This document shows positions 36,801 to 49,000 of a stretch of DNA of 64,000 nucleotides, one piece after another (the first letter of the stretch is position 1; each line of letters starts with the position of its first letter). Source of the stretch: Saccostrea echinata (taxonomy: Eukaryota); the NCBI RefSeq assembly GCF_033153115.1, contig NW_026889806.1:4030001-4094000 (forward strand), read 5' to 3'. Below the pieces are notes generated by a model. The model was not told where the DNA came from. It ran no database searches and saw nothing but the letters and a program-made list of their open reading frames with translations. Both the position numbers and the translations under genes were made by a program.

Positions 36801-39800
36801 TATGATTGTAGCTTCAGTCGTTTATCAAGACCCAGCTTCTGACAGTACTACAGTCGAACTACGCCGCCGACGATCTGTCCTCCAACCAGATCTCTACAGC
36901 TTTCAACTACCTGTTTATGTCGGTGAGTCTCAAGTCAATCTACTTGTACAGCTTCCATCTACAGATGGGTATTTTTTGCAATTTTTAAAGCATGGAGCAT
37001 TAATTCCGAAAAGATACCAAAATTGTAAAAAAAAATTCTATTATTTTACACTAGAGGTTTTGTTTCAAATTTCCATGTAATGACATGTAATTATTTTTTG
37101 CTGTTATGTGTCTCAAAGGGTCATGTAGTGTATAATTGTGTATAATAATATTAATCTCTGCAAAGGCTTTTGCACATTTCAAGTCTTGTGATATGCCTTT
37201 TTAGCTCACCTCGACGAAGTCGAGATGAGCTTATGCTATACCACCGGCGTCGGCGTTAGCGTCGGCGTCCCGGTTAAAGTTTTAGGAGCAAGTCCCATTT
37301 CCAAGTAACTATAAGCCCTACCTGGACCAAACTTGCATGTATGATGCATCTAGGGATGGACACTACCACACTTGCTTCAGATGCTGGATCTGACCTAGAT
37401 TTTCCAGATGAATGACCAGGTTCAAGTTTTTGGAGCAGGTCCATTCCCAAGTAACTATAAGCCCTGCCTGGACCAAACTTGCATGGATAATGCCTCTAGG
37501 GATGGACACTACCACACTTGCTTCGGATGCTGGATCTGACCTAGATTTTCCAGATGAATGACCAGGTTCAAGTTTTTGGAGCAGGTCCATTCCCAAGTAA
37601 CTATAAGGCCTACCTTGACCAAACTTGCATGTGTGATGCATCTAGGGATGGACACTACCACACTTACTTCGGATGCTGGATTTGACCTAGATTTTCCAGA
37701 TGAATGACCAGGTTAAAGTTTTTGGAGCAGGTCCATTCCCAAGTAACTATAAGCCCTACCTGGACCAAACTTTGATGGATGATGCATCCAGGGGTGGACA
37801 CTACGCTTGCTTCGGATGCTGGAACTGAGCTAGATTTTCCACATGTGAGACCAGGTTTAGATTTTGAAGCAGTCCCGTTCCCAAGTAATTATAAGCCCTA
37901 TCTGGACCAAACTTGCATGGATGATGCATCTAGGGATGTACATTAACCAACCTGCTTCGGATGCTGGATCTGACCTAGATTTTCTACATGAGTGAATTTT
38001 AGACATTTTTAAACCAAATTAGCATGGATGATGTATCTAGGGATGGACATTTCCAGACTTGCTTTGGATTCTGAATCTGACCTACATTTTGCAGATGATA
38101 TTGTGGCATGTTATGATTAAACTTGCATAGATGGTGCATCTAAGGATGAAAACTTCCAGACTTGCTTTGGATGTTAGAACTGACCACAATTTTCTTGATT
38201 ACTAAACAGGTTAAAAGTTTATTGAGTAGGTCTATTTCCAAGTAACTACAAGTCCTACTTAAACCAAACTTGCATGGATACTGATCTTGGGATGTACCCT
38301 AACTAGAAAAAAAAACATGTGAAATTTGCTTTACTTATAGATAACATTCGTCGAGGTGAGCTTCGTAATCTTTGATTACCTATGTTTCAGATGTCGTGCT
38401 GTGCTGTAAATGCATTGAATGGAACTATAAACGATTTTGACCAAACACCCTGGATAACAGGTGGAACAGCAGGAAGTAAAGAAATCCCCACTTTCTGCTG
38501 TCAGGGGGTCACGCCAGAATCCTTCTCTACATACAACGACACAACATGTACTGTCGACGTTACAGCTAACTACTACACAACGGTAAGGGAGAGAGAGTTA
38601 TGGTCTTCTTGGCTTCACTTTCGCTAAGCGAGGAAACATTAAATCTTTCCGTCTATCTTTCAGTCTGTCCTTCAGTCTAGTTGTCACAAAATCATTAACA
38701 TTGGTAATAACTTTTAAATGCGAGAAGATAGGACTTCCTTATTTCATATGGGCATTACATGTGACAATACCTTTCTGAATATATACTGATTTTTAACCTC
38801 AAGGCATTGATCTCAAAATTTGATAAAAATTTTAGCATTCGCCATAATATTTGAGAGGAATAAGATAAGGATTTCATATTTCACATGTGAATTACCTGTG
38901 ACAAGACCTTTCCGACTGCAGTATGATTTTTGTCATCATGAATCGAAGTCCGACTTTCAAAAACTTAATCCTCTGCCAAAACATTTGCACGATAATTATA
39001 TTACTTCAAAAATATATAACTCTTTTAGTATGATGGGCAAAAAAGATAGTTGTTACAGCGAAATGATCATTGCATCTCATTCAGTGAGATACTGAACGCA
39101 TGGGGCCACTATTTTCTAAATATGCTTGTTTTTCTTGCTTGATATGAATATAATCACATCATTAAATAACAAAGAGCTGCAATTTACATCTTTTCTCTTC
39201 TTGCCCTCTGTGTAAAATATTTCTACCACTAGCTTTTTAAAGGCCTCTCATTTGAAATATAATTAGTGATGTTATTAATAATGCCTGTTTCTTTTTTAGG
39301 GATGCTACGATGCAGTCTACAACGTACTCAACAGCTACTCAATAGCATTTATAGTAATTGGAATAACTATCCTAGTGATAGAAGTGAGTTTTTTGTGATC
39401 GTCTTTGGCCGATCACAATTGATGCCATATGAGGCATCCGGCAAATGTAACGAATTGCGCACACATGACGTGACGGACTACACAGTTTACTATGCACTGA
39501 CAGCTTCTTGTAAATTTATCTTAACACGTTAAGTACTGAGCCTATTTTTATGTATTTACTTTGAGACTCATACATTTATACAGTTACGTGATGAATGAAC
39601 TTACGTTTTCTCTTAGTTCGCAAAATTTTCATTCACTTCCAATACGCAAGTTTAAGAGTAAAGATTATTCGTTCACTCTTGTTTCGAGTTAGTCTCACTC
39701 GTGCATTAGTTTATTGGTTGCAATATTAAGCAATTGACAGTTCTCACTGTGGATCTACTAATATCTTGAATTTTTTTGTGGATCTACTAATACCTTGATT

Positions 39801-40058
39801 AAAAAAAACTGCAGTTTGAATATTTCTATACATAGATATTTCGAAACTTAAGTAACATGTACCTGCCATAACCCCCATTCCCCCAAAAAACCACACAACC
39901 ACCCCCATCCCCTCTTATGACGTCTTTGTCAGTTTTGGATTTCTTGTTTTTAGGCACTTGCTGTAGTTACGGCTACAAACTACATGCATTACAAGACGAA
40001 ACTAGAACAGAAAAAGAGAAGGAAAAAGATCAAAGAAATGAAGAAAGAAAAGGCATAA
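33806..40058 (+). CDS. Tetraspanin paralog 1 (~286 aa; CCA variant)
   Basis: Exons 33806-33868, 34854-35084, 36250-36324, 36812-36922, 38391-38582, 39300-39383, 39954-40058, all GT-AG and phase 0. Four TMs, TM1 Asn (INVIF), EC2 SCCA..PTFCC..C..GCY (6 Cys), TM4 Glu; AATAAA at ~40311. Confidence 0.92.
35200..35712 (+). mobile_element. Penelope-like element 3' fragment in tetraspanin 1 intron 2
   Basis: RT thumb remnant (VNFPYLCSNIPISPA) plus conserved 3' UTR motif at 35600-35696. Confidence 0.8.
37199..38386 (+). mobile_element. Helentron-associated (HINE-like) non-autonomous element carrying a 146-bp tandem array
   Basis: TTTTAGCTCACCTCGAC..GTCGAGATGAGCT 5' subTIR/inverted repeat; GGCGTC microsatellite; units starting 37301, 37447, 37593, 37739, 37881; 3' AGGTGAGCT plus hairpin GTAATC-TTT-GATTAC; inserted in a T run. 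Confidence 0.85.
38605..39130 (+). mobile_element. Degenerate HINE-like element
   Basis: 5' hairpin followed by a CGTC/GTCT-type microsatellite, then ~130-bp repeats (GATA.GA.TTC.TATTTCA.ATG..ATTAC.TGTGACAA.ACCTTTC). Confidence 0.5.
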
Positions 40059-40652
40059 AAGGGCCACGTGACACAAACCAAAGATGGCGATTCTACAAAT
40101 GTCATCTCTCTCAAAAGAATTGAAGAGAAATTCTGCTGATATTATGCCATATATAACATTTCAGTGGGATAACTTAGGTGCTTAATTGCCATAATGTATA
40201 TGTATATCTGTAAATACATGTAATTATTCGGGAATTTTATACTTTTTTATCCATTGTTGGAATTGTTGACAATTATAACAAGAAAGTGTTATACATCTGT
40301 TTAGCTTTACAATAAAAAAATCTTAAAAATGTGTTCAAAGGTGTTTTATGAGTAGAAACTTACCAGTGTTTAAGAAGCAAACGATTGGCATCTGGATATT
40401 TAAAAGGGTTATACAATGATATTACTTTCTTTAAACAACACAATTGTGTCAGTCTAAAGAACGTTTGGGTGTATTGTTTCTATCCCGGTCCGTCTTCCCT
40501 TCTGTCATACGATCTTCTTTCTCAATATCCTCTCTCGTTTTAAACAAAGAGTATCATATTACCTTTTGGAATATTATTGGGTGTTTCTTTTAAATGAGCA
40601 ATAAGGTTCGGAATTTTATTTTTATCATGGGGTTATTCGGAAGACGATGGTA

Positions 40653-41549
40653 TAAGACCGCGAAACATTAACTGGCAAAATTGGAAATATGCAGCTTACG
40701 TCATTTCCATCTGTTAGTCAAAACATTTAATGATAGACGATGAAATGGGCGGATACAATTCGAACGGACGTCCGAGAAAACATTGGATTGAAATCATAGT
40801 TTGAAATTCATTTTCAGTCCACCTCAGCTACGCTAGAATGCAAGGTTTTACTGATTGACCCAGAAGACAAATAATTTCAATTTCAAAATAGTTTGAAATT
40901 TATATAAATCAGAATTTTCTGTCCAATGTTTTTAAAGAAATATAAAGGGACAAATATTTGATTTCTGTTTGGTATGTGTATTTGTGGGTTGGGAGGGGGG
41001 CTGAACGATTTTGGAAATAAATAAGAAAGTTCTTTTAGTTTGGACAACCCATCCCTGTATTTGTTTGTCAAACATATTAGTATTTCAGTGAAGACAAAAC
41101 TTAAAAAAAACTCTTGTCATCCTAGAAACACATGTAAATATATTGTATGACGCGAATGCATGATCTGATTCGACAATTTTTGACAGCCCCCCCCCCCCGA
41201 CCCTTCTAGAATCAAATGGCTGTCCCCTGAAAAAATAATCTCTGTCTTCTATGACTTTTACGTGACCTTAAAATTATAGGCTAAAAAACTCATTTCAATC
41301 AACATGTATTTGGGAATTGAAATTATTTGTCTTTTGGATCATATACATTTACACTATAGGTTTGAAAACAGCTCAGGTGGATTGAAAATGAATTTCAAAC
41401 TATGATTTCAATCCAATGTTTTCTCGGAAGTCCGTGTCGAATTGAACCCGCCCATTTCATTGTCTATCATCAAACATTTTAACTGCAACAGATGGAAATG
41501 ACGTAAGCTGCATATTTCCAATTTTGCCAGTTAATATTCTGCGGTCTTA
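40653..41549. mobile_element. Non-autonomous DNA transposon with ~175-bp TIRs
   Basis: TAAGACCGC...CCACCTCAGCT (40653-40829) is the reverse complement of AGCTCAGGTGG...GCGGTCTTA (41370-41549); TSD not resolved. Confidence 0.8.
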
Positions 41550-42105
41550 TTGATTGGGTATTATGACGTTTATCTACGTTTCTTTAACGACTCTTTTTCT
41601 ACAAAAACTTGGTTCCAAAACTATGGTATCGCAGAGTAGGTACACAAAATTTGCTGTTAATTTTTGATTAATGATTAATTAGATCCTAAAAAAGTTTTTT
41701 TAGCAGTCTTGATTTGCCATGATTTCCCTAACAAATTTTTCTTAGTGAAATTATGAAAAATCAAGACTGCCAAAAACATTTTTAGTTTGAATAAGAAAAA
41801 TGGGAATTAGTTGCTAGCAATTAAAAAATAAAGTCTTTTTTCATAATTTGGTAATTAATGAACAGTACTGATCAATGATCACGATTTTCTACATGAACAA
41901 TGCTCTAAAGAAAACAGAGAACTTTAAAGCCTTGCGAAATGCTGACCTTCTTAGTCTACATATTTAAGGAGATTAGATATTTAAATACCTGTATATAATT
42001 ATTTAGCTGGATCTGAAAAGTGATTTTGATCGTTAGGATTCTTCTTCACTTTTATTATTGATTATTTTATGGAAATACTTTAGGACGGGAGTATAAAAAA
42101 GAAAG

Positions 42106-45100
42106 ATGTGTTTCACAGAAAAATGGGGTCCCCTTTTTCTCAAAGTTATCAACGTTATTTTTCTGGTAAGGTTTTTTTAATACCTTTGCTAGGTGCCATA
42201 CAGTGCAGCTTTCATTGGGTAAAACATGGCTGGTATATATTAAATTGCGAAGCCATTGATATTGATCAAATAGCCATTTAAATATATTCATCATGTTCTT
42301 TTATAAAGATCTACATGTATTGATGTCAAGGATATTTCACAAGTTCATGTTCAATGAAACATCAAATAAGCATAATGAAATTATGAAATGTTGGGAAAAA
42401 AAATTGATTTCGATTATTTCCTCCTTTAGAATTTGATTTTTGGAGAATTTTAGAAGAAACAGATTATCGGGGGAAAATAAACCACATGTGTATTCTGATC
42501 CGACCTTTGACGTGTTTGCTCTGCTCACAATTTCTGTTGTTGTTTTTGAGCTTGTTTACTGTTCGTTATCTTCATATTTCATTCATCACAATAAAAAATA
42601 TATTTTCAATAAAGGTGTTAATAATTATGATTCAAATTTAATTGCTATGAAGCGTTATAATTTTATTTTGTGTAGATATTTGGCCTCGCTTTGATTGTAC
42701 CAGGGGTCATTGTATTGGTCAATAATGACGTAGTGAGTGATAAAGTCCTGCCACTGATGAAGCAGCTGACATTTGGAGGAATCAATCTCGGTGAAATGAT
42801 CATCGCACTCTGTGTTTCACTCATAGTCGTCGGAACGTTTGTCATTTTAGTCAGTATCCTCGGTCTCTGTGGCGCTTGCACAGGAAAACCAGGATATCTT
42901 GATATAGTAAGCAAAGCTTCATGGATAAATAAATCTATAACGTATCTTGTAGAAAATAGACAGAGAGAATTGTTCACATATATATTTTTTTATTTACATT
43001 GTCCATTGTATACATACATATAATGCATATAAATGTCTACAAAACAGTATTCAATGGATTTTTTGCACACACACATTCATATAGTCACTCACACTTATCG
43101 GATTAAGCTGGAATATGCTTAAGAAATATGAAGCCTGCTTTAAGAGGACAGAAATCATTATATCTGTTGTTCACAAATTAAAAAAAAAAATGAATTGTTC
43201 ATATTCTAAATAAACCTTGAATTGTGAAAAAAAATGGTTGCACATACATAAAGGATTTTTTTCTCTGAATTTTCAGTATGGCGGGATAGTGCTGATTCTT
43301 TTTCTTATAAAAGTGTTCGCAGTTTTCATGTGGTTCGACAGTAATGCCAAGGTAAATATATATATAAAGCAATTGTAAACTCAATTTTGTTAACAATACA
43401 ATGATGAAGAATAGAACTTCTATTTAACGAAACTCAAGATCTGCTAAATGGTAATATTGATATTATCCCTACAGTTACAATCTTGGATGAAGACGGAACT
43501 GGTGTCCCTCTTGAACAACTATGGATCGAATGACCTGACAACAAGCGAGACCTCCACCGCCTGGAATTATATGTTTATGCTGGTAAGGTTATAAACAATA
43601 AATAATTGAAATTATATCAAGAAACACATAAGCCGCAATTATCCTCCGAGTCTTGTTCTTCTTTTATATCAAGTTCAGATTTTTTTGAAAACAAGATTGT
43701 GGTGGTGGTGAATTAAATGTAGGGATGTGAATTTTTAATGATAGCAGGAAACTAGAGGTTACTTTGAAAGTTAAGTTGTGAATGTTTAAACTTTTTGTTT
43801 TCAAGGCCAAAGAAAGACTTATTTTCACCTTTGTATTTGATTTATTTATATATTTGTACATGTACTTATTTAATCCTCTGTTAGTGTTTATGTCAGTAAA
43901 ACCTGTTTACTGGGAGACACCAAGTAAGTTAGAGTAAACCTATAACCTTCATTAACATAACAATGTTGTAACATATTTAGTACTTTGTTGGTTTCAGATG
44001 TCTTGCTGTGCAGTGAACGCTGTAACTGGAACTACAAATGATTTTGACACATCAGCCTGGATAACATCCGGTGCTGCCGGAAGTAAACAAATCCCAACAT
44101 TCTGTTGTACTTGGGTCACAGAAACAACATATTCAACATACACTAACACAGCTTGCACTGACAGCGTCACTTCCGGTTATCATACCACGGTATATGTTTA
44201 TCTGCTTTACTCTCTTTGCATCAAATTTGATTTCTGTATATTCCTCCTTAATCCCAAAAATCAATTTCATTTTCCATTTTTTATTATCCAAGAGAATTCT
44301 AATATTTTATTCTAGCATTAAATAAGACTGTTATTGTATTTTTCAGGGTTGTTATGATGCAGTTTATAAATCTCTCAGTGCCTACTATATCGTTTTCATC
44401 GCCGTTGGAATTACTGTCATGGTGATTGAGGTATGGTCAAGTTTTGTCTTGTAAAAATGTCTACAAAATTTGGAAGAAATACATTCTCAGTAATTAAGGT
44501 AAAAAAGTTATTGCAAGGAATGAGAAGATTTTAGATTTTATAAAATATATCTTTTTTCTTTTTTCTCACAGCAAAACCAACTAATAGACCTTAAGTTGTA
44601 TACTCTAAAAATGTCAGGATAATAATTTGTATGATGCTTTTTTTTAAATATGAACACTCAAATGTTTTTTAATTACACAAAATTTTAATATTTATGTATG
44701 AATAACCATAATAGTGCTATTAATGAGATGAAATTTAAAGAGACATAAGGAGTCAAAATCATGAATTTCTTCAATTTCAGTTAATTGTATCATAAATCAA
44801 AAGATTTATCAAATATGTGAGTTTAACGAAGTTTTGACAAGCTCAACTGCACTGCAAAGCAAACAAAGAGTATAAGTGTTGGAAAAAAGGTTGTAGCTAT
44901 CGCATTGTTATCGTCCATGTCAAGGTTACATGACTCTTTTCATATGGTAAAACTCGTAAATAACATTCGAAGATTGTATCGAAATCCCTGAGACCATGAT
45001 AATTTTTCTGCACACGCCTGCTTCGGAGGAAGGAGGGAGGCAATTTTTTTTTTTTTGATCATACAACAATTATATTTTTGTTCATAAAAAGTAGGTTCGT

Positions 45101-45524
45101 ACGTTCTGAAATCTGTTTTTTTATTAACCCTAATGCTTTCAAGAAAAGAACAAAATTTTCATGGGTCATGCGAGAATTCTATTTTATTTTTGCGTCACAG
45201 TGTCCCTTTCAAAGAAAATAAAATTAAAAATAGATATAGATCGGATTTAGATGTCAGGTTACTTTTCAGAAACCAGTAATGTGTTCTAGTGCTTTTGATT
45301 TGTAAAGTACATCAATAACTCTTTCTCCTTATCATACAAATGTTGGTAAACTAAATGTATTAATAATGTGTACTGAAGTAATATACTCGTCTTCGTTATC
45401 TACACAGGCTCTAGCAGTGGTAGCTGCTGTTTCTAACAACCACAATAACCGTTACAACGACACTACAATAGATAAAGTGGAGGATATCTCAAAAGACAAA
45501 AACATAGGCAAGGAGAAAGCATGA
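42106..45524 (+). CDS. Tetraspanin paralog 2 (~288 aa; CCA variant)
   Basis: Exons 42106-42165, 42676-42906, 43277-43351, 43475-43582, 43998-44189, 44347-44430, 45408-45524; same phase-0 structure as paralog 1 and clear similarity to it (WGPLFLKVINVIF, SCCAVNA, IPTFCC, GCYDAVY). Confidence 0.92.
44736..45210. mobile_element. Degenerate Kolobok-like MITE
   Basis: TTAAAGAGACA... / ...TGTCCCTTT weak TIRs; its right end is related to 55180-55326. Confidence 0.4.
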
Positions 45525-46048
45525 ATCATCTTTATTCCATCTGCATATCTATCTCTGTGATAATAACGTTTCTTAAAGAAATGTCTTCAGAAATTTTGAT
45601 ATCCTGCTTCGAGGTTAAAGTAACCATGTGGTTGTTTACTAAATCCTTTTAGAGAAAAATGGAATTCCTCGGGAGAAAAAAAAATACCGTTATACGATGA
45701 GTACTGCCTTGGAAGGATATATTTCTACCACTTTTTAGCTAAATTTTTATACTTACTAGCAATTCTTTGACACATAAAAATGTATAGAGATCCTCTCTGT
45801 ATCAGTGTGGCACATGGTTTATATGGATTTTTATTGTTGTTAAAATGCCATTTTCCAATAAAAATTAAGTATGCGGGTTTTTAATACTTTTTATCAGTAT
45901 TAGGAAAACTTCACTTGAAAATTGCATCTGCACGAGATAAGTGGAATATGTATGCAAAACACAAACAGCCTAAATTTAACAGGGGAAAACACATCTTAAT
46001 TAATATATCAGCTTTTTAAAACAATTATCTAGGGAAGTGGGTTGTAGC

Positions 46049-49000
46049 TTAAGGATCTGCTGGAATTCTTGGAGTGCCAGACATTGGAACTTCTGCACTT
46101 TTTGATTGCTGGGGAAGAGGTTGTGGTTCAGCTATTCCCTGTTGTAGTGATGGACCAGCCATTCCCTGGTGAGGTGATGGTCCAGCTGTTCCCTGTTGGG
46201 GCGATGGTCCAGCTATTTCCTGTTGGGGCGGTGGTTCAGCTATTTCCTGTTGGAGTGGTGGTCCAGCAATTCCGTGTTGGGGTGGTGGTCCAGTTATTCC
46301 TTGTTGGGGTGGTGGTCCAGCTATTCCCTGTTGGAGTGGTCGTCCAGCTATTCCGTACTGGGGCGGTGGTCCAGGTATTCCCTGTTGGAGTGGTGGTCCA
46401 GCTATTCCGTATTGGGGCGGTGGTCCAGCTATTCCCTGATGGACTGGTGGTCCAGCTATTCCGTATTGGGGCCATGGTCCAAATGTTCCCTCTTGGGGTG
46501 GTGGTACAGATATTCCCTGATGCAGTGGTGTTCCAGCTATTCCCTGTTGCACCACAGTTACTGATACACCTTGATTTGCCCAGTTCAAGTGTTGACCTGA
46601 TGGTTGATCTGATTTTGTATTTGGATTATTTGTTGTGTAGTGTCTTATACATAAGAATATCGAGTAAATAAAATTCCCGAATATGAAAAGAGCGCTAATT
46701 ATTAACATTGCTAATGAGTACTTCCGACAAGGAGTTGTCCCAAATCCTGTTTTATCAGCCATAATAAGAAAGAAGATGACTGAAAAAAATGAGGTAGTAT
46801 GTATTGAATAGCAAACATAATAGTTGATAGCGATTTCTCTTCTTTAAAAAAAACTACATATTCCTCCTTTTTACTTACATCCAAGGGTAAAACCCGAATA
46901 GAGAACTAGCATCACTTGTTTTATTTGATCGCAACGTTTGTCAAAAATGTTGTCTGGTTCTCCCGGGAAGAAGATGCGTCTGCAAACAGTGAGTGCCATG
47001 AAAACAAAAATAAAAGCTCCACATATGCTGTGTGCAGTGAGAGTTCCGTATAATATGCATTCTCTGTCACAAGTTCCAGCTGTAAATATATAAAAAAAAT
47101 TAAAATATAATTAATACATAAACCTCAGAAAGAAAATAGAGTGCCTCATGATTTTTGACTTCACCTTAGTGCCATTCCGCATTTCCCCCCGAAAGTTTTC
47201 AAAAAGCCACTCCCGAGTCACGAGCCAACTTATCCTCTCTTTAGCACAAACAAAAGATCATTCATTTTCCAGTGACCTTGAACTTATCAAATATCCATGC
47301 ATTAGGAGCTTAACTAAAATATGTTTCAAGTTTCAAAGACTCCTTATTACTNNNNNNNNNNNNNNNNNNNNNNNNNNNNNNNNNNNNNNNNNNNNNNNNN
47401 NNNNNNNNNNNNNNNNNNNNNNNNNNNNNNNNNNNNNNNNNNNNNNNNNNNNNNNNNNNNNNNNNNNNNNNNNNNNNNNNNNNNNNNNNNNNNNTAGTTA
47501 CTTGAATGCTAAAATTAGTTCTTAGATTCAGGAAGAAGAAAAGGAAAAAGGACAGAAAGTTATCCATCGACGCTATTAACACAAAATTATTTAATCTCTT
47601 AGAACAAGAAACAAAGAATAAATAAATAGATTTATAAGACTATCTTTATGTTCCTGACGTAGTGAATACTCACTCACCAGCAATTCCATTGCTGAAGCAC
47701 ACTAGCCCAACAGCGGTAAAATGAAAAATTTCTTGTAAATTAGAGAAACCTACAAAAGAAACAGGCTTTAGTTTTAGTTTCACACCACCTGCAACTACAA
47801 TATGAAGGGAAATTGAGTGAAATTTCTCTGTTGTTATTTCGATTCGGAAACGAAGCATAATTAAATATTAGCAAGGAAACTTAATGTTGCCACAAATGTC
47901 GCCCGGAAAATACTGGAATACTATTTAAAACTTTTTTAGTCTTTTAAATATAGGCATATAGGTAAATGTTTTGATTTAGACAAATTAATTTCATGACTAC
48001 AAATCAGTCTTGGATGACTTCACCCAATTGCTTTTTTCCCCTTTACAATATATCCATTCCAAAAGAGGTCTTGTATGAAGAGAAGAAAATACTGCTCAAG
48101 CAACCTGTTTGTTCCTTTAACTTCAATTTGACAACAAATGAATTGAAAAGTAAATATTAGTAATATTCTATATCACAGAAGGGTCTAGTGTTGTTTTCCA
48201 CCATATTTCAAGTTGANNNNNNNNNNNNNNNNNNNNNNNNNNNNNNNNNNNNNNNNNNNNNNNNNNNNNNNNNNNNNNNNNNNNNNNNNNNNNNNNNNNN
48301 NNNNNNNNNNNNNNNNNNNNNNNNNNNNNNNNNNNNNNNNNNNNNNNNNNTTGTATTTTGTGCCCAGATTTGTCTCAAATGGAATAAACTGTGATCGACC
48401 TCAGTCATCAGTCATCACAAAACATAATCTCTTCACGGGAGTGATAAAACAACTGTCTGTGGCTGTAGTGGGCATCTTTAAAAAATGTTTTCTTGTAAGC
48501 ACTTTCAATTAATTGGTACACGTCATTGTAACTTCAACATAATAAAACTAAATATTTTCATTTAAGATATCTTGCATATTCGAATTCTTCGAAAATATCA
48601 CACGATTTAAATATTTTCCAGGTAATCTATCTCCCTAATGTAAACAACGAGTCACAATTTGATTTTTCACAATCTTATCGTACAAGTTATGGGTTGGTTA
48701 TTAGTAAAACTCTGTCATATTGTAAACACAGCCTTCATAGTATTAATTTTATCGCATCATTCCACAAACCTAAGTGTCTAGTGTTAAAAAAATATGAAAG
48801 TTGCGACAAAACTCCATCTTATTTCATTTAAAGTGGAATTGACATTCTTACACGCCAAATAAAAGACAAAATAGAGGTTGTACAAATTCAAATTCCGTCT
48901 ACAAATGCCTAACTCAGCAGTCCACTAAAGTCAGAGGTGTTATCATTGTCTTGTAATTTATAAAATATGCAATATATTTTAAAGTTTATCCCGTTGGATA

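Noticed and set aside
37301-38290. CRISPR-like array
   Set aside because: Units are contiguous without unique spacers, in a eukaryotic intron; it is a satellite inside a HINE.
46069-46671. Overlapping ORFs (VVVQLFPVG, WWSSYSLL and NSWTTTPT repeats), and a collagen call for GIAGPP
   Set aside because: Alternative frames stay open only because of the 27-bp repeat; Gly occupies two of every three triplets, so there is no continuous Gly-X-Y helix.
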